From Tubulanus polymorphus (taxonomy: Eukaryota > Animalia > Nemertea), in NCBI RefSeq assembly GCF_964204645.1, contig NC_134034.1:992001-1056000 (forward strand): 64,000 nt of DNA, written 5' to 3'. Under the pieces are notes generated by a model. It had not been told where the DNA came from and did no database searches. It was given only the letters and a program-made list of their open reading frames with translations. Each line of letters begins with the position of its first letter. Position 1 is the first letter of the stretch. The position numbers and the translations under genes were made by a program. This document shows, piece after piece, positions 1 to 13,540 of the stretch.

Positions 1-331
1 TCTATTCTGAGGCAAGTTTTACGGGAGGCCGGAGGTTTGGAGTTATCATGTCCTTGGGTAAGTTTTTGAAACCGTAAGAGAGGTTTTCTATCCTGAGGCA
101 AGTTTTATGGGGGGCCGGAGGTTTGGAGTTATCATGTCCTTGGGCAAGTTTTTGAGACAGGAATGAGCGCGTCTTATCAAGAACAAAACATTGAGAGAAA
201 TCTCAACATAAAATCCACCTCAAAAATTATTTGCGAAATTCTGAAAATGAATTTTCCTATCGGCAGTTAAGTCATCTTTACCGATTTGAGGTTGCCTATG
301 ACATCATCGTCGAGTTTATTATCGAACTTAC

Positions 332-490
332 CCGGGAATTCCGCCGGCTTCCATCACGTTCGCCAAGGTGACGTCGTTCGACCAGACGTCGAATTGCCAC
401 TTGCGTAACCCGAGTACGCCGCAGTGTACGCGCCCGCTGTGTATACCAACTCTCATATTCACATCTACAGCTGTAACGTCTCGTACCAAC
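332..490 (-). CDS. ADCY5: ADCY5/6-like coding exon 5 (C1a); gene continues beyond the left edge
   Basis: [53 protein letters not shown]; (gtt)n-gaag| acceptor, |gtaagt donor; 159 nt. Confidence 0.96.
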
Positions 491-1299
491 CTTCAACAAC
501 AACAACAGAGATTATGTGCCTAGGTTTCTGTGTACTGAAGGGCACCTGTATCATGAAAATTTTTTAATTTTCAGGGCTCTGCATCCAAAATATGACATTT
601 TGACGTGTTTAAAAAAAATTATTCGACTTTATCCATTTTTGATTATTCAAATTGGCCACTTTAAATTACTTCTACCAGAACATGAGATATCGACGATTGT
701 AGAATTGTTCATTATTTTGCTTTTACTGAAACATTACTGTTTTTTTTTTCTGAAGACTAGAGTTGTTTCTTCGTAGACGGAATCCAGATACATCTGTTTA
801 AACTATCAGATAAACAAACTTAGGGCATCATCAGTAATATGTGGGGATCGTTCGTCAACTTCTACACCAGGAATACCCATCAGTCTTATCAGTCTTATCA
901 TGAGTTCTACGTTCATCATAGATAATTATTAGATTTTAGAAATTCCGAAGAATATCATTAGCTCGAGAAACTCGAGTATCTGACAGCAGACTTTCCGGAG
1001 CGAAAATAATCAGTTTCCAGGCAGCCAGAGGAGGTGTCGATGTGTCTTTTTTCTAATTGCCGGGGAGAGGGGACTTAGAGAAACTGCCTGAAAACCCCTT
1101 ACAATCAGAGCGAAGCAGGTTTTCATATCGCCAGAGGTTCTACGCGTCATTTTTTCCTCGTTTTTTGCCGTAGGGAAGTTCGAAGCCGCCATCGCAGTAA
1201 CCTAACCCGCATAATATCAGACAACAAGCAAATAATAGGGTTTTTTTCTGTAAGAAGAACTTTGCACCAAGTTTCCAGAGATTTACCAGGGGGTAACCA

Positions 1300-1705
1300 G
1301 GGATTCCCAGTCTATAAAACCAGGCCTAGGTTAAAGATTTACCCCTAGGGGTTGATACTTAGTCTATAAAACTGGGTCCAGGATAACGATTTATCCCTAG
1401 GGATAACTTTGATACCCAGTCTAAAAAACCAGGCCCAGGTTAAGGATTTATCCCTAGGGATAAGTTTGATACCCAGTCTATAAAACCAGGCCCAGGTTAA
1501 GGATTTACCCCTAGTGATAAGTTTAATACCGAGTCTATAAAACCAGGCCCAGGTTAAGGATTAATTCCTTTAGGGTAAATTTGATACCCAGTCTATAAAA
1601 CCGGGGCCAAGGTAAAGGATTAATTCCTTTAGGGTAAATTTGATACCCAGTCTATAAAACCGGGGCCAAGGTAAAGGATTAATTCCTTTAGGGCAAATTT
1701 GATTT
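1300..1705 (+). repeat. ~57-bp minisatellite with TTATCCCTAGGGATAA palindrome
   Basis: About 7 units; sister array at 24140-24548. Confidence 0.88.
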
Positions 1706-1798
1706 TAAAGATTTTTAAATTTTAAAGTTAAAAGCTATAAGCACTAGACCCGAAATATGTAAATACGTAAAACACGATATTTGATATTTGATACTTAC

Positions 1799-2038
1799 GC
1801 AATAGCGTCAATCATATCGAGACCCATCTCGACGCAGCAGTGGGCGTGGTCCGGGCGCGGCTCCGGTAGACCGCTCACGCAATAGTAACAATCGCCGAGG
1901 ATTTTAATGCGTAGACAATGATTATCGGAAGCGAGACGATCGAAACGCGCGAACAGTTCGTTGAGAAGCTGCACGAGCTCCTGAGCCGTGCATTGAGACG
2001 ACAGAGACGTGAAACCACAAATATCAGCAAACAGAATA
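1799..2038 (-). CDS. ADCY5: ADCY5/6-like coding exon 4 (C1a catalytic domain)
   Basis: [11 protein letters not shown]...[30 protein letters not shown] with both metal-binding Asp; 240 nt; phase 2-2. Confidence 0.96.
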
Positions 2039-5000
2039 CTGAAAATATATATATATATATACATCATTAGACGATATCCACCTTATGACATCATCATCAA
2101 AACATTATCAGAAATCCCCTAGGACATCGTCATCATCGTGGTCAAAAATTCACCTGAGATATCATCAAAATGCCTGATGTCAAATCATTGAATTATGTTT
2201 ATTAGAACCTTAAAAATTACCATGATGCCCACCTCCTTTAATCCCCCTATGACATCATCAAATTGTCTACTAGTGATTTGATCTATAGACACTTCTAGAA
2301 AAGATGCCTGCTGCCATAAATCCACCTATGACATCATCAAATTGTCTACTAGTGATTTCATCTATAGAAACTTTTAGATGCCTGCCTTCAGGAATCCCCC
2401 TATGACATCATCAAATTGTCTATTACTGATTAGATCTATATGCACTTCTAGAAACGATATGTCTGCCTCCATAAATCCCCCTATGACATCATGAAAACTG
2501 TAGTAGTTTTTAGTCGTAGACGTCTCTCAGAACGGCTCGTCAGATCTCGATGAGTCTCACAAACCAATCAATCTTCATTTGTGAAATGACTTTCGGTAAA
2601 AACTGATAAATAGTTGATCAGCTCAGCTACAAGCGGGACTCCGAGCGCGGGACTCAGCACGGGACCCAGCGCTGTCATCAACTGCAGTTTAATTAATCGG
2701 TTTTAGTTTAATTAATTTATGCGTTGCTGGAAGATGACACTAATACACAATGAGCGACTGTAGTTTATTGTCAATAGTAATAAATATAACATAGCTGCGT
2801 GTGTTACATTGAGTATATATAGGATACAGTTCCACAGTCTAAACACAAGGCTCAGATCATTTTAGTCCAGTTTCACTATAGACACCTTAGATCAAACAGG
2901 TCTAAGCTGATTTTGGTCCAGTTTCACCATAGAAACCTAAGATCGGACCAGGCTAATAGTTTTTTGGTTGTTTAACGGTTAAGACTTAAGATAAAACCAG
3001 GCTAAGATTATTTCAGTGATTACCTCAGTTAAGACTGAAGATAGAACACATTTTGGCCCTAGAGCCGATGTTCTCCAAACAGGGAATCAGGCTCAGGTCA
3101 CGATAAACGAGCTATCAGAAACAGTGGTAGTGAAATGAACACTTGTATTTCATTCATCGGTTCATGTTAATTTCAGGTTGGATTAGTTCTGACCGAATGG
3201 GATATCGATAACTGCAATTACTACAACCTGACGACATCCGGGGTTCGGTCAGCTCCGGCGGCGTTACGAGACGACACCCGCGCAACAACGCTACAGAGTC
3301 ATGTGATAAAAACCACCTGCATCAATACAGGACAACATCGTCCGCCGCGGCACTCGCGACGACCACGATCAGCTTATAGCTCATATACAATACTGACGTT
3401 ATTGCTGATTAATACTTAATATAGACAGAGACAGAGAGCAAGATTATGAGAGAGGGATAAATGAGAGAGAGAGGTGAGGGTAGAGAGACAGGGAGAAGAG
3501 AGGGGAGTGAGAAAGAGGAGAGGGTAAGAGAAGAATGAGACTTAAGGGAAAATGAGAGAGGAAGAGAGAGAGGGAGAGGTTAGAGGTAAGGAGGGAGAGG
3601 GAGGAGAGGGGAGAGGGGAGGAAAGGGGAGGGGAGAGGGGAGAGAGGGAAGAGAGGAGAGGGGAGAGAGGGGAGAGGAGAGGGGAGAAGAGAGGGGAGAG
3701 GAGGTGAGAGAGGAGAGGGGAGAGGAGAGGCGAGGGGAGAGAGGAGAGAGGGACTTCCATTCCTTTTTTGATACCCAGAGTTTTAAACTAGTTCCAAGTA
3801 ACTGATCCGGCTTATAGTGTTGATTTTACAGTCACCAGCAGTGTTCCAGCTAAAAGGTCATTCTTACCTCAATCATTCATACAATGATCATAATCTCAAT
3901 GTTTACAAACACTAAATACCCTATATAACTCCTCCCCTCCCCCAGTGCTCACATGATTGCCAATTATAAATATGTCAAGGGTTTGACCTTCAGTTCTATC
4001 GATTCTTAGCTCTCATACTAAGGGGGAGGGGGAGGAGGGGGGATAGAAGGGGTGCTGTAGTTATTGTGCAGATCAATGCTCTATTAACCACTTGTGTAAA
4101 ATCAATGAGACTGAAATTATGTTATATCAGTTCATATACACGACGCGACTGCAACAGAAACCTTTCAAAACTGCTGTCATCGAACGTTTTTCCTTTTTTT
4201 TTCAGTAACATTTCATCGAAGACGAAAATGTTCAAATTTATCAATAATCAATATTTAGACGATCAGTAACTGAATTCATATTTCAGCAGCGCACAACGTC
4301 AAATCAGTATTTCTAAAAATAGTAACGAAATACTGACAATTAGAAATAGTCGATGATTCTGTTCCTATTAATATAGGGTGGACTTCAATGTGACGACAGA
4401 TTAGACCGGGCTTAACTCATTTCAATCCAGTTCCACAGTTGAGACTTAAGATAAGATTGGGCTTAACTCATTTCAATCCAGTTCCACAGATGAGACTTCA
4501 GATAAACCAGGCTAAACCCATTTTAGTCCAGTTCCACAGTTGAGATTTATGATAAAATCGGGCTTAGCTCATTTCGGTCCAGTCCTACAGTTGAGACTGA
4601 AGATAAGACCGGGTTAAGCTCATTATGCCGGTAGGAAGTCGAGACGTAAGATAAGACCGGACTGAGCTGATTTCGTCGGACTGGGGTTAGCCAGTTCCCG
4701 AGATCAGATCTGTGTAAGCTGATTTCTCTGAGCGCCGCTGATTGCCGAGCGTAGTATAGTGAATATGAACTGAGTTTTTACGACAGGGAAATTCAAGTGG
4801 CAGAGCAGACGTGTTCGTTGTCGCGGGAACCAATAAATCTGTCACATATATCGCGTTCTAAGAGTCACTTGCCACAGATGTAAACAGCCTAGTGACACGA
4901 ATGTAATTAAAATACGTATATTAGAATCTAGGATATTTTAAAAGAAAACGTAACCAACAACAAGAGCGTATGAAATGGTGCCTGAGGATGGTTTTTGGTA

Positions 5001-5380
5001 AATAAAAATCCCTACATCCCCTTTAGTTTGTCATTTGCCTTCTTTCTTCCTTAGCGTTCCGGTTTTTGTTATTTAATTACTTTAATCTTAATCCTTTAAT
5101 CTTTATCATTTGTCATATTCTAGTATAAATATCCTGATATTTTATTTTGTTCTCAGTACGCCTGCTGATGGCTAACAGTTGTTAGCCGAAACGTCGCTCC
5201 TCAAATATAATCATTCTGATATAGAATCTTGGCTTCGTTATTGTGGGATTTCTCTCGTCATCCCATGATCGATCTATCAAAAATTCAGAATCTTAATTTC
5301 TCAATTAAAAACCATTTTGAAGAAATGATTGCGTAGTTTTAGGTTTGATTAGTTTAAATTCTATGGAATATGAATGTAAC

Positions 5381-5636
5381 TAGGGTTATTCCATGTGAAC
5401 TGAACCTAGGGTTGGTCAGCTTGTATAACCCTAGCTGTTCCACCTCCAGACGAATAGACCTTACCCTAGGGTTAGCCCATTACTCTTCAGGAGTGAGACA
5501 GCTAGGGTCTGAACTAGCTGACCAACCTTAGGGTTATAGACTAACCCTAGGGAAAAGCCATTAGTCTCTAGAGGTGATATAGCTAGGGTTATGCTAGCTG
5601 ACAAACCTTAGGTTTAATCATAATGGGATAACCCTG
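5381..5636. mobile_element. Palindromic MITE-like element with ACCCTAGGGT sub-repeats
   Basis: AGGGTTAT.CCAT...ATGGGATAACCCT long imperfect inverted repeat; TSD not clear. Confidence 0.55.
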
Positions 5637-6011
5637 TGATTGGCCAAGAAGTGGTCACATGGCACAACATTCCCAAAACATAATTGCAATAGTTTGAAAC
5701 TTCTTTCTAGAAAGAGACATTTTTGAACTGACAATGTTTGAGCATCATATCATTAAAATCTTAGTCCCTTGCAGTCATTCAGCTATGGAGCTGATATAAA
5801 TTGACTCGCTACATCATGGAATGCTACTCTTGGTGACTTAAAAATTGTTGCAAGCTTCACCTGAAAGCCACACCAGCAAATTTTGCAATTAATTAACAAT
5901 TATTCAATTAGAGTGTGCACCACTTAATTAGGAGTTAATTACCGATGCTATGAAAATGAGTTAGAAATTAATTAACTACCAATTAATGAATGCGATCAGT
6001 AATTACCCTAC

Positions 6012-6133
6012 CTGACGTTTTCGTGTCGTTGAATGTAGATTTTATGAAACATCGTGTCACGAACTTTACCGGCGATATCGGCTTTCATCTCCATGGCAAC
6101 GTGACGCGGCAACACTGACAACAATAAACGCTC
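6012..6133 (-). CDS. ADCY5: ADCY5/6-like coding exon 3
   Basis: [41 protein letters not shown]; canonical AG/GT; 122 nt. Confidence 0.95.
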
Positions 6134-6289
6134 CTGAAAAAAAAAAATTAAAACGGAATAAACACGTTTGACTCATAGAAACACTCGCTCGCTAATTGGA
6201 TTTCTATTTCATTCACTACAACTTCCATTTATAAACCTAGAATTTAATCTTAAGTAAAAGACTTTATTCCAACTTAAAGGTTGTGATAA

Positions 6290-6565
6290 GTCGCTAATCA
6301 TAATTTACAGAATTGTTGAAGTCATCGATAATGAGAAGGTCGTCATTAGTAACTAATCATAATTTTTCTGAATCGTTGAATCATTGAGAATGAGAAGGTC
6401 GTCATTAGTAACTAATCATAATTTTACTGAATCGTTGAAGTCATTGAGAATGAGAAGGTCGTCATTAGTAACTAATCATAATTTACAGAATTGTTGAAGT
6501 CATCGAGAATGAGAAGGTCGTCATCAGTAACTAATCAAAATTTTACTGAATTGTTGAAGTCATAT
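6290..6565. repeat. ~60-bp tandem repeat, about 4.5 units
   Basis: AATGAGAAGGTCGTCATTAGTAACTAATCATAAT... Confidence 0.85.
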
Positions 6566-7517
6566 GAAATGATTTTTCTATTTATTTTGTGTTTTCACGG
6601 TGAAACTGGATGCAGCAGTAAATGCAGGTATCGCAGTAATCTCTAGTCCTCACTCGCCACAGACTCCTCTCACTGATATCGCTGATTATTTTTACGGTCC
6701 ATTCAGTAATCAGCGAAATGGTTTTTTGGTTAGAAAAATATCGTGATTGCGAGTGGTTTTATTATCGCGCTGCAGAACGCGGCACGGGACTCAATCCTAG
6801 ACGCGTTCCGGCGCTGATTAAAAATCATGTCGGCGGAAAAACATTCGCGACCGACGCACGTGACCAACGTCGACGGCAACGTTCAACAATACGAGAAATG
6901 ACGGCGCGCGGAAAACGCCGGAACGAGAAAAATAGCATTACTGTTAATGAAAAGTGAATGAGGAGATTAGGAGGGAGTGTGGATGTCACGGGGGGCGAGG
7001 GGGGATATACTACAAGAGTGTGTGATTCAATGAGACACAATAATCAGGGATATAGAGGGGAGGGGAGAGGGGAAAGGGGAGGAAGGGGGATAGGGTGGGA
7101 GAGGGGAGAGGTAGAGAGGGGAGGTAGAGGGGAGAGGAAGGGGATAGAGGGGAGGGAGAGGGGAGAGGAAGGGGATAGAGGGAGGGAGAGGGAAGGGGAT
7201 AGAGGGGAGGGAGAGAGGAGGGGAGGGAGATGAGAGGGGAGAGAAAGGAAAGATGGAGGAGAAAGAAGCATGTTTCCATGAAGTAGGAACTTCAGAGCAG
7301 ATTCAGAACCGAGTCCACCTGGAGCCACACGCTAGATAGGGAAAGCTCCCGAATATCAGGCTTTGGATTATTGGATATTATCGGAGCCACCGCAAGAGAA
7401 AGGAATCTACGGCTGAGTTCAAACTTTACTGACAACAATAACCTGGGTGGTGAACCAGCGACGCGGTTACCCGGGTGCTGGACAGGTGAAACAGCGACGC
7501 GATACCGGTTTGATTAC

Positions 7518-7667
7518 CTGTTGTTGATTCTCGCGTTGAATGGTGAGTCGAGCCTCGATGCAACGCCTCGTTTCCAGGAACGCCTGCCGCTGGGCGACCT
7601 CCGTCGGGTAGTGTATAAAAACACCCGTCAGATTCACGGCCGTAAAAATAAACGAATTCGCTACGAT
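7518..7667 (-). CDS. ADCY5: ADCY5/6-like coding exon 2
   Basis: [50 protein letters not shown]; ttttcag| acceptor and |gtaatc donor; 150 nt; this frame is not in the ORF track. Confidence 0.93.
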
Positions 7668-8116
7668 CTGAAAAATAGAAAACTTTAAATTTCAAATTTA
7701 GATATAGATATATTTATTTTCGTCAGATTTGAATGTGACAAATTTTTGATTTTCATTATTAATATTGACATAGAAATTTGTATAAGATATCAGATGATTC
7801 AGGGATGTATTTCGAGAGTGGTCTTACAGGTCCGAACCCTGCTTTCCCGTGTTGCCCTTGTCACCGAGACAAAGATTGTTAAAAATTGTAAATTTAGATT
7901 TTAAGGTTTAGATTCATGAAAAAGGTTAAGCTTAAAATGGTTAAGTTTGAATAATTTTCCTCAGTGAAAACATGAAGAAACCAATATAGCAATTCTACCA
8001 ACAATATGAGAATAACGTTTTTGTAAAATTGAACCCAGGGTTCAGTTTGATCCACAGTTGTGTGTTTATTAAACTTAGTTACTTTTCAAATGTTTTAACT
8101 TGACATTTTAAATTTT

Positions 8117-8240
8117 GATCATGAACTGGAACTGGGCCCTGTATCATGATCGGGAACTGGGCCCTGTATCATGATCGGGAACTGGGCCCTGTATCATGAT
8201 CGGGAACTGGGCCCTGTATCATGATCGGGAACTGGGCCCC
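8117..8240. repeat. 25-bp tandem repeat of a MITE terminus
   Basis: GATCGGGAACTGGGCCCTGTATCAT, about 4.5 units. Confidence 0.85.
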
Positions 8241-9059
8241 TGAAGGTCGGTTAGAATGAATAACTAATTTCAATTCTGAAACTCAGAACGGCGGAACCAC
8301 ATTCTGACAACTTGTAACCAATACCAGTTAGATTAAAATTTCTCGTGAAAGTGCGCCCTGAAGTTTGTTAGTCAAAAAACGATGCAAATTGAAAATTGAA
8401 AATAAAAATTTCTATTCGGTTTAGTCTATAGCAGCAGAACCTGATGACTTAATCTAATTCGGTGTTCAAGCACGCAACAGCAGAACAGCTGGAAATATAG
8501 AAAACAAATTTTTTTATATATCTCTCTCGAGGGCAGAGCAGCAGTAACAAGCTGAGTGTCGATGAGATCGTCGTACAATAACGATATCTGATCTATCTAC
8601 ATGATACACACGTGTATAAATGAATGTTTGATAACAACGCGAGCCTCTAAATGATATCTGAATATCATCGATCAACCAGGCACATCCGAAATACATCCCT
8701 AAAACCCCCAATTCACACGACACAGGGGAAACAGCATGGAAACAGGAGATACAAACATGTTTCCCTGTGTTGAAATACGGTTTCGGGAAACAATGTTTTC
8801 GACATCCAACAACTTTCACCAGCGCCCCCTAGCCTCACGACGAGTTATCTAATTACTGGCACTTTTACGTGTGATGCCAACCTGCGGATATACTCCCCTT
8901 TTTTGCAAAAAAACGTTCGCTGATTGGTCCATCCGATCGGGAATCCAACAGAAGCCTAAAGTCGTTTGTTACAAGCGCTGTGATTGGTACGACCGGATGC
9001 TGGTCGGCTAACAACGACTCCAACAATCACGAGGTCAAGGGGTTCGGGGAACAACTTTA

Positions 9060-9372
9060 ATACCAAATACATCATAATACATCGTAATACCTCAAACACT
9101 GTAATTCCTAATGCATTGTAATACTAAATGTACCTAATGCATTGTAACACTTATTTCACCTAATGCATTGTAATACTTATTTCACCTAATGCATTGTAAT
9201 ACTTATTTCACCTAATGCATTGTAATACTTATTTCACCTAATGCATTGTAATACTTATTTCACCTAATGCATTGTAATACTAAATGCACCTAATACACTG
9301 TAATACCTAATAGATCGTAATACCTATTGCACCTAATACACTGTAATACCTAATAGATCGTAATACCTAATA
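9060..9372. repeat. 26-bp tandem repeat
   Basis: CACCTAATGCATTGTAATACTTATTT and decayed variants. Confidence 0.85.
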
Positions 9373-9774
9373 CCAGAAGAGACATTAACGGCTTACTGAA
9401 ATCCTAATGGGATAGTCACGGACCGCACAGTGATGAAACAATCGCGACTTTATTTCCTCTATCGCCGACGGCAACAACTCGAGACCAGCAGACGTAAAAC
9501 GAATCGGACGAAATTATCGCCGCGAATATCGCGAAAATGGACGCAGAATGGACGACTAATGAAAAATGTAGACTTGATTCGTGTATGATTTACGATCAAT
9601 CAGTGATCATCAGTGATCATCAGTGATCATTGGTAATCATAGAGTTATTGTCTATCAATCATATGTTTGTGTTAAATCAACCAACGCCCGAAGATCTTAC
9701 AACTGAAATGTTTTATACTAGGAAGGGAATACTGTATTTGAAAATATCCGTAATATCGAATAGTTTTCTGTAAT

Positions 9775-9842
9775 AAAGCGCTTTGAGTCATTATGAAATT
9801 TAGCGCTGAATAAATTCTAATATCATCATTATTATTACTATT
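9775..9842 (+). mobile_element. L2/SINE-type 3' tail relic
   Basis: AAGCGCTTTGAG...AGCGCT..ATAAAT followed by (ATT)n. Confidence 0.35.
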
Positions 9843-10256
9843 GATCTGTAAGAAGCCCTGCATGTACCTGAGCTAAACCCACCGGGTGAGCAACCTTCCA
9901 CCTAAAAAGTGCCCTAATTTCTGGCCCCAATTTTTCTTTAATACATTTATAGTTTCACAGTTGCTAATAATTTTTTTTTGGATTTAAAGCTGTGAGGAAT
10001 GAATATCAGCTCAGTTTCTCGGCCGTCTGGTGACCGCCAATCTTCACTGCTGTCTGATAGAGATACCCCACACAGGTCCAGAAGACCAGGTGTCCAAAAG
10101 GAGTATTTCTCATGAAGCACTCAAGTTGGGTGGCGCCCTCAAGTGTTCGAAATTTGTTATCAAACCCAATGGAAACAATGCATGTTTTTAGAAGAGCAGC
10201 ATAAAATTTGGAGGTTTTAACCCTCTTTGACTTAACGAAATTGAACCCATTCTTAA

Positions 10257-10530
10257 CCCTTTCAGTGCGTCTACACCGCAGTGCAGTGTATAAATCGGTG
10301 ATGGATTTTGCTAGTACATCGCACCGCGGTGTATTGATGTAATTATCTCTATTGAAAGATGGCAGCACGTGTCAAACATAGGGAAATACTAGTAACTAAC
10401 GATACACCGCGCCGCGGTGTAGACGCACTATAGTGGTATTCCCATTATTCAACGCACTAGGGTGGAATTATTCAAAATTTTCAAATTATCTCCAGCACTA
10501 TATGGTATTAATTAGTCAGCACTGAAAGGG
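10257..10530. mobile_element. piggyBac-like MITE
   Basis: TTAA|CCCTTTCAGTGC ... GCACTGAAAGGG|TTAA. Confidence 0.8.
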
Positions 10531-13164
10531 TTAAGTCTCAGAGTCCAGTTAATATACCCGCGGATAAGCAGAAAACACGTACAGACTCAGCGGACTCTCG
10601 TTCCTAAAGCTAAATTCACGAAAAATATAGAACGACAATAAAATAAGATTATTACGGATTTCATTCATTTTCGTAGATGGATTTATGCGCGGCTATTTCG
10701 CCGTAGCCGTGGCGATGATACGATTATCGCGATTGCATTGTTGTCGTCGCGCGTAACACCTGGTCGAATCTCATTACATCCGACGCGTAACAAAATAATC
10801 GTAATAACGGCTTTCATCGAATATTGAATTAACCGCGACGGAAATAATCGGAAAATTCGCATCGCAAACAAATAATCGAATTTACCGGCAATTATCGCGA
10901 GTGTTTTTTTATTGTTCGGTGACAGAAATTCATCTTCGAGATTGAATCATAAAAAAAAATCCTATAACCGGTACGCAATACAGCAGGTTCTACGATCTCC
11001 TCGCAAATTCCATTTCAACCGGCAAATATAACCACACTTAAACGTGCAGAACAAATAATTAGATAAAAACCCAATTATTACAAATTAAAAATCGAGAATT
11101 TATTAAAAAAATCAAAAACACTTTTTGCCATTTTTATTTTTGAATAAATTCTTGATCTTGGGCGCTTGCTGTAGCGGCCTATTGTTTGGCCCTCATCGAA
11201 ACAGCCTTCTGAATTTTATCTTTGCTTTACTTATAAATATTTTCAAACCATGATCTCATCATATTATCATATCATACCATAATGAAATAAATTGAAATTG
11301 AAATTCGGTAGCCAGTTAAGGAGCATGGGTTCACAAGGATAGGGGCCACGACCCTGGTCCAAAATCTTGCGATGTCATCCAGCTTGAATACCGGCTGAGG
11401 GAGGAACGTGGGAGAGTCTCACGATATCATCAGGTTTGCCGAGAGGAACAGTCGCTCTAACTTTCCTTACATATTCTAACTAAACATATTTTGCAGTCAC
11501 GCATGTATTGGCATCATACACAGATGTCGTGTAGATTTTTTTTTACAAAAAAAAATGCCTGTACAGGCTTCCTCTCTCTCTCTCTCTCCTCTCACTCTCT
11601 TCAATGCACCTGTGGTACTTGATCAAAAAGAGTAAATTCAGAATATCAATACGGGAATAAAAATCCTATTAAATAAGGATTATTTCGGCTCTGGTAGCCG
11701 CGCAAGAGATTTAAGTCTGAATGTATAAAATATAAAGGTAGGAAGAAAAGCGCCGTTGTGTGATGTGGTAGAATGTAGGGGTTTTAGGTAGATCCGGTCT
11801 GTACCGTGTATGGAGTGATACCGTCAGTCCGTTGTGTATGGAGTCTATGAATTATTCGCCACACGCGACAATTGGTCAAATCATGTATTCATGCTTTCAG
11901 CCTGCGATGAATCGTAAATACGTCTCTAAAACGCTACCGGATTCCTGATTCAAGGTGATTCACGCGACGATTCAGAGACTGCGACCCGCTTCGAGATATT
12001 ATATCTATTAACAGTAGACGATAATATCAACTGAACTGAGGAACTTGAGATATGCGGTGGAGAGAAGAGAGGAGGGACGGAGAGTGGGGAGAATGGAGAG
12101 ATATCTGAGGGAAGGAGAGATAGGTAGAGAGGGAAGGGGAGGGAGAGAAGGGAGAGGGAGGGAAGGAGCAGAGAGGGAGCCACACATAGGAAAGGGAGAG
12201 AGGGACCCACAGATAGAAGAGTGAGACAGATTGAAAGACAGATGAGGTGAGTGAGGAAGGACAGAGGGAGGAGAGGGGAGCAGTAATGAGGGAGAGTTGA
12301 GAAGGGACAAGGAGAAGAGTTTCTTTCTAAATATAGTACGATGACCAATGATCACTTAATGACCATCACAGATATCTAAATAATCTGATTTTCCATTAGC
12401 CAGTTTTGATAAACTGCACCAATATATAGAGATAACAGTAAGAGTAGCAGCGACCAGGTGTCATACAGACACAATATCAGTCAGAACTCATTTCAGTTCC
12501 ATAACCAATCTAACACCTTAACACCAGCCTGCTGATTTTGGTTCTATAACCAATCTAACAATTTAAGGCGTCTTCGGTAAGAAGAGCATAATGAACTCAA
12601 GTCACGACCTAGGCCCAGGATATCTTACTTGAAACTAGGCTTACCGGTTAAGATAAACAAGTCCCCAGTTTACCTAAAACCTTCTGAAAAGGGGAAGGGG
12701 TGCATGCAGGGCCTGCTGGATCCAATATCAAAGGGTTGTTTGAGATTTAAGGGGCATTCTTAAACACCAAGGCCTGGTTTACTGGAATAGAATAAAACCA
12801 TCAAACAATTTGATTATTTACTGTATATCGTAGAAGGGTTATGAATTCACTGATATCAGCAGAATTGAATCAGTCTCAATCGTGATATATCAAACTTACG
12901 TGATAATTCACGCTGTTTTTGATCTAACACTTCGTGATGTGTGTCTAAACTCTGTGAGATTGTCCATAGTCGCAGGTGTTACCTGTCGATGACGAACACC
13001 TGAGTTCGACACACGCAGTCGTATTAACACTCCATCGCAATCATAAAATAGTTTTCAGTTGAGAAATTTGTCGACACTATTCCGCGGGACAATTTCTGTA
13101 GCCCTGACTTTATTTCATACGGAAATTTTGAAATTTCAATGGATAATTCGGGATTCTGCCTGCA

Positions 13165-13540
13165 GCAAGTGAGGATCCACCAGGTGTCGCTAGTGTGCAG
13201 TAGGATATCAACTACTGCGGCGATAAGAGGATTCCACTTGTGGCAAGTGAAGATCCACCAGGTATTGCTAGTGTGCAGTAGGTCATCGACTATTGCGGCA
13301 ATAGAGGATTCCACAGTTGTGGCAAGTGAGGATCCACCAGGTGTCGCTACTGTCAGTAGGACATCAACTACTGCGGCAATAGAGGATTCCACTTGTTGCA
13401 AGTGAGGATCCACCAGGTGTCGCTACTGTTCAGTAGGACATCAACTACTGCGGCAATACAGGATTCCACTTGTGGCAAGTGAGGATCCACCAGGTGTCGC
13501 TACTGTGCATTAGGACATCAACTATTGCAGCAATAGAGAA
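13165..13540 (+). repeat. 77-bp satellite, about 5 units
   Basis: GTGAGGATCCACCAGGTGTCGCTA...; same family as 20489-21225. Confidence 0.9.

Noticed and set aside
1385-1410. I-SceI homing endonuclease site (TAGGGATAAC)
   Set aside because: Only 10 of 18 bases match, as part of a satellite palindrome.
3542-3760. Pro/Ser/Leu-rich and Gly/Glu/Arg-rich ORFs here and at 6958-7328, 11950-12355, 16510-17087
   Set aside because: Translations of GA/CT low-complexity tracts.
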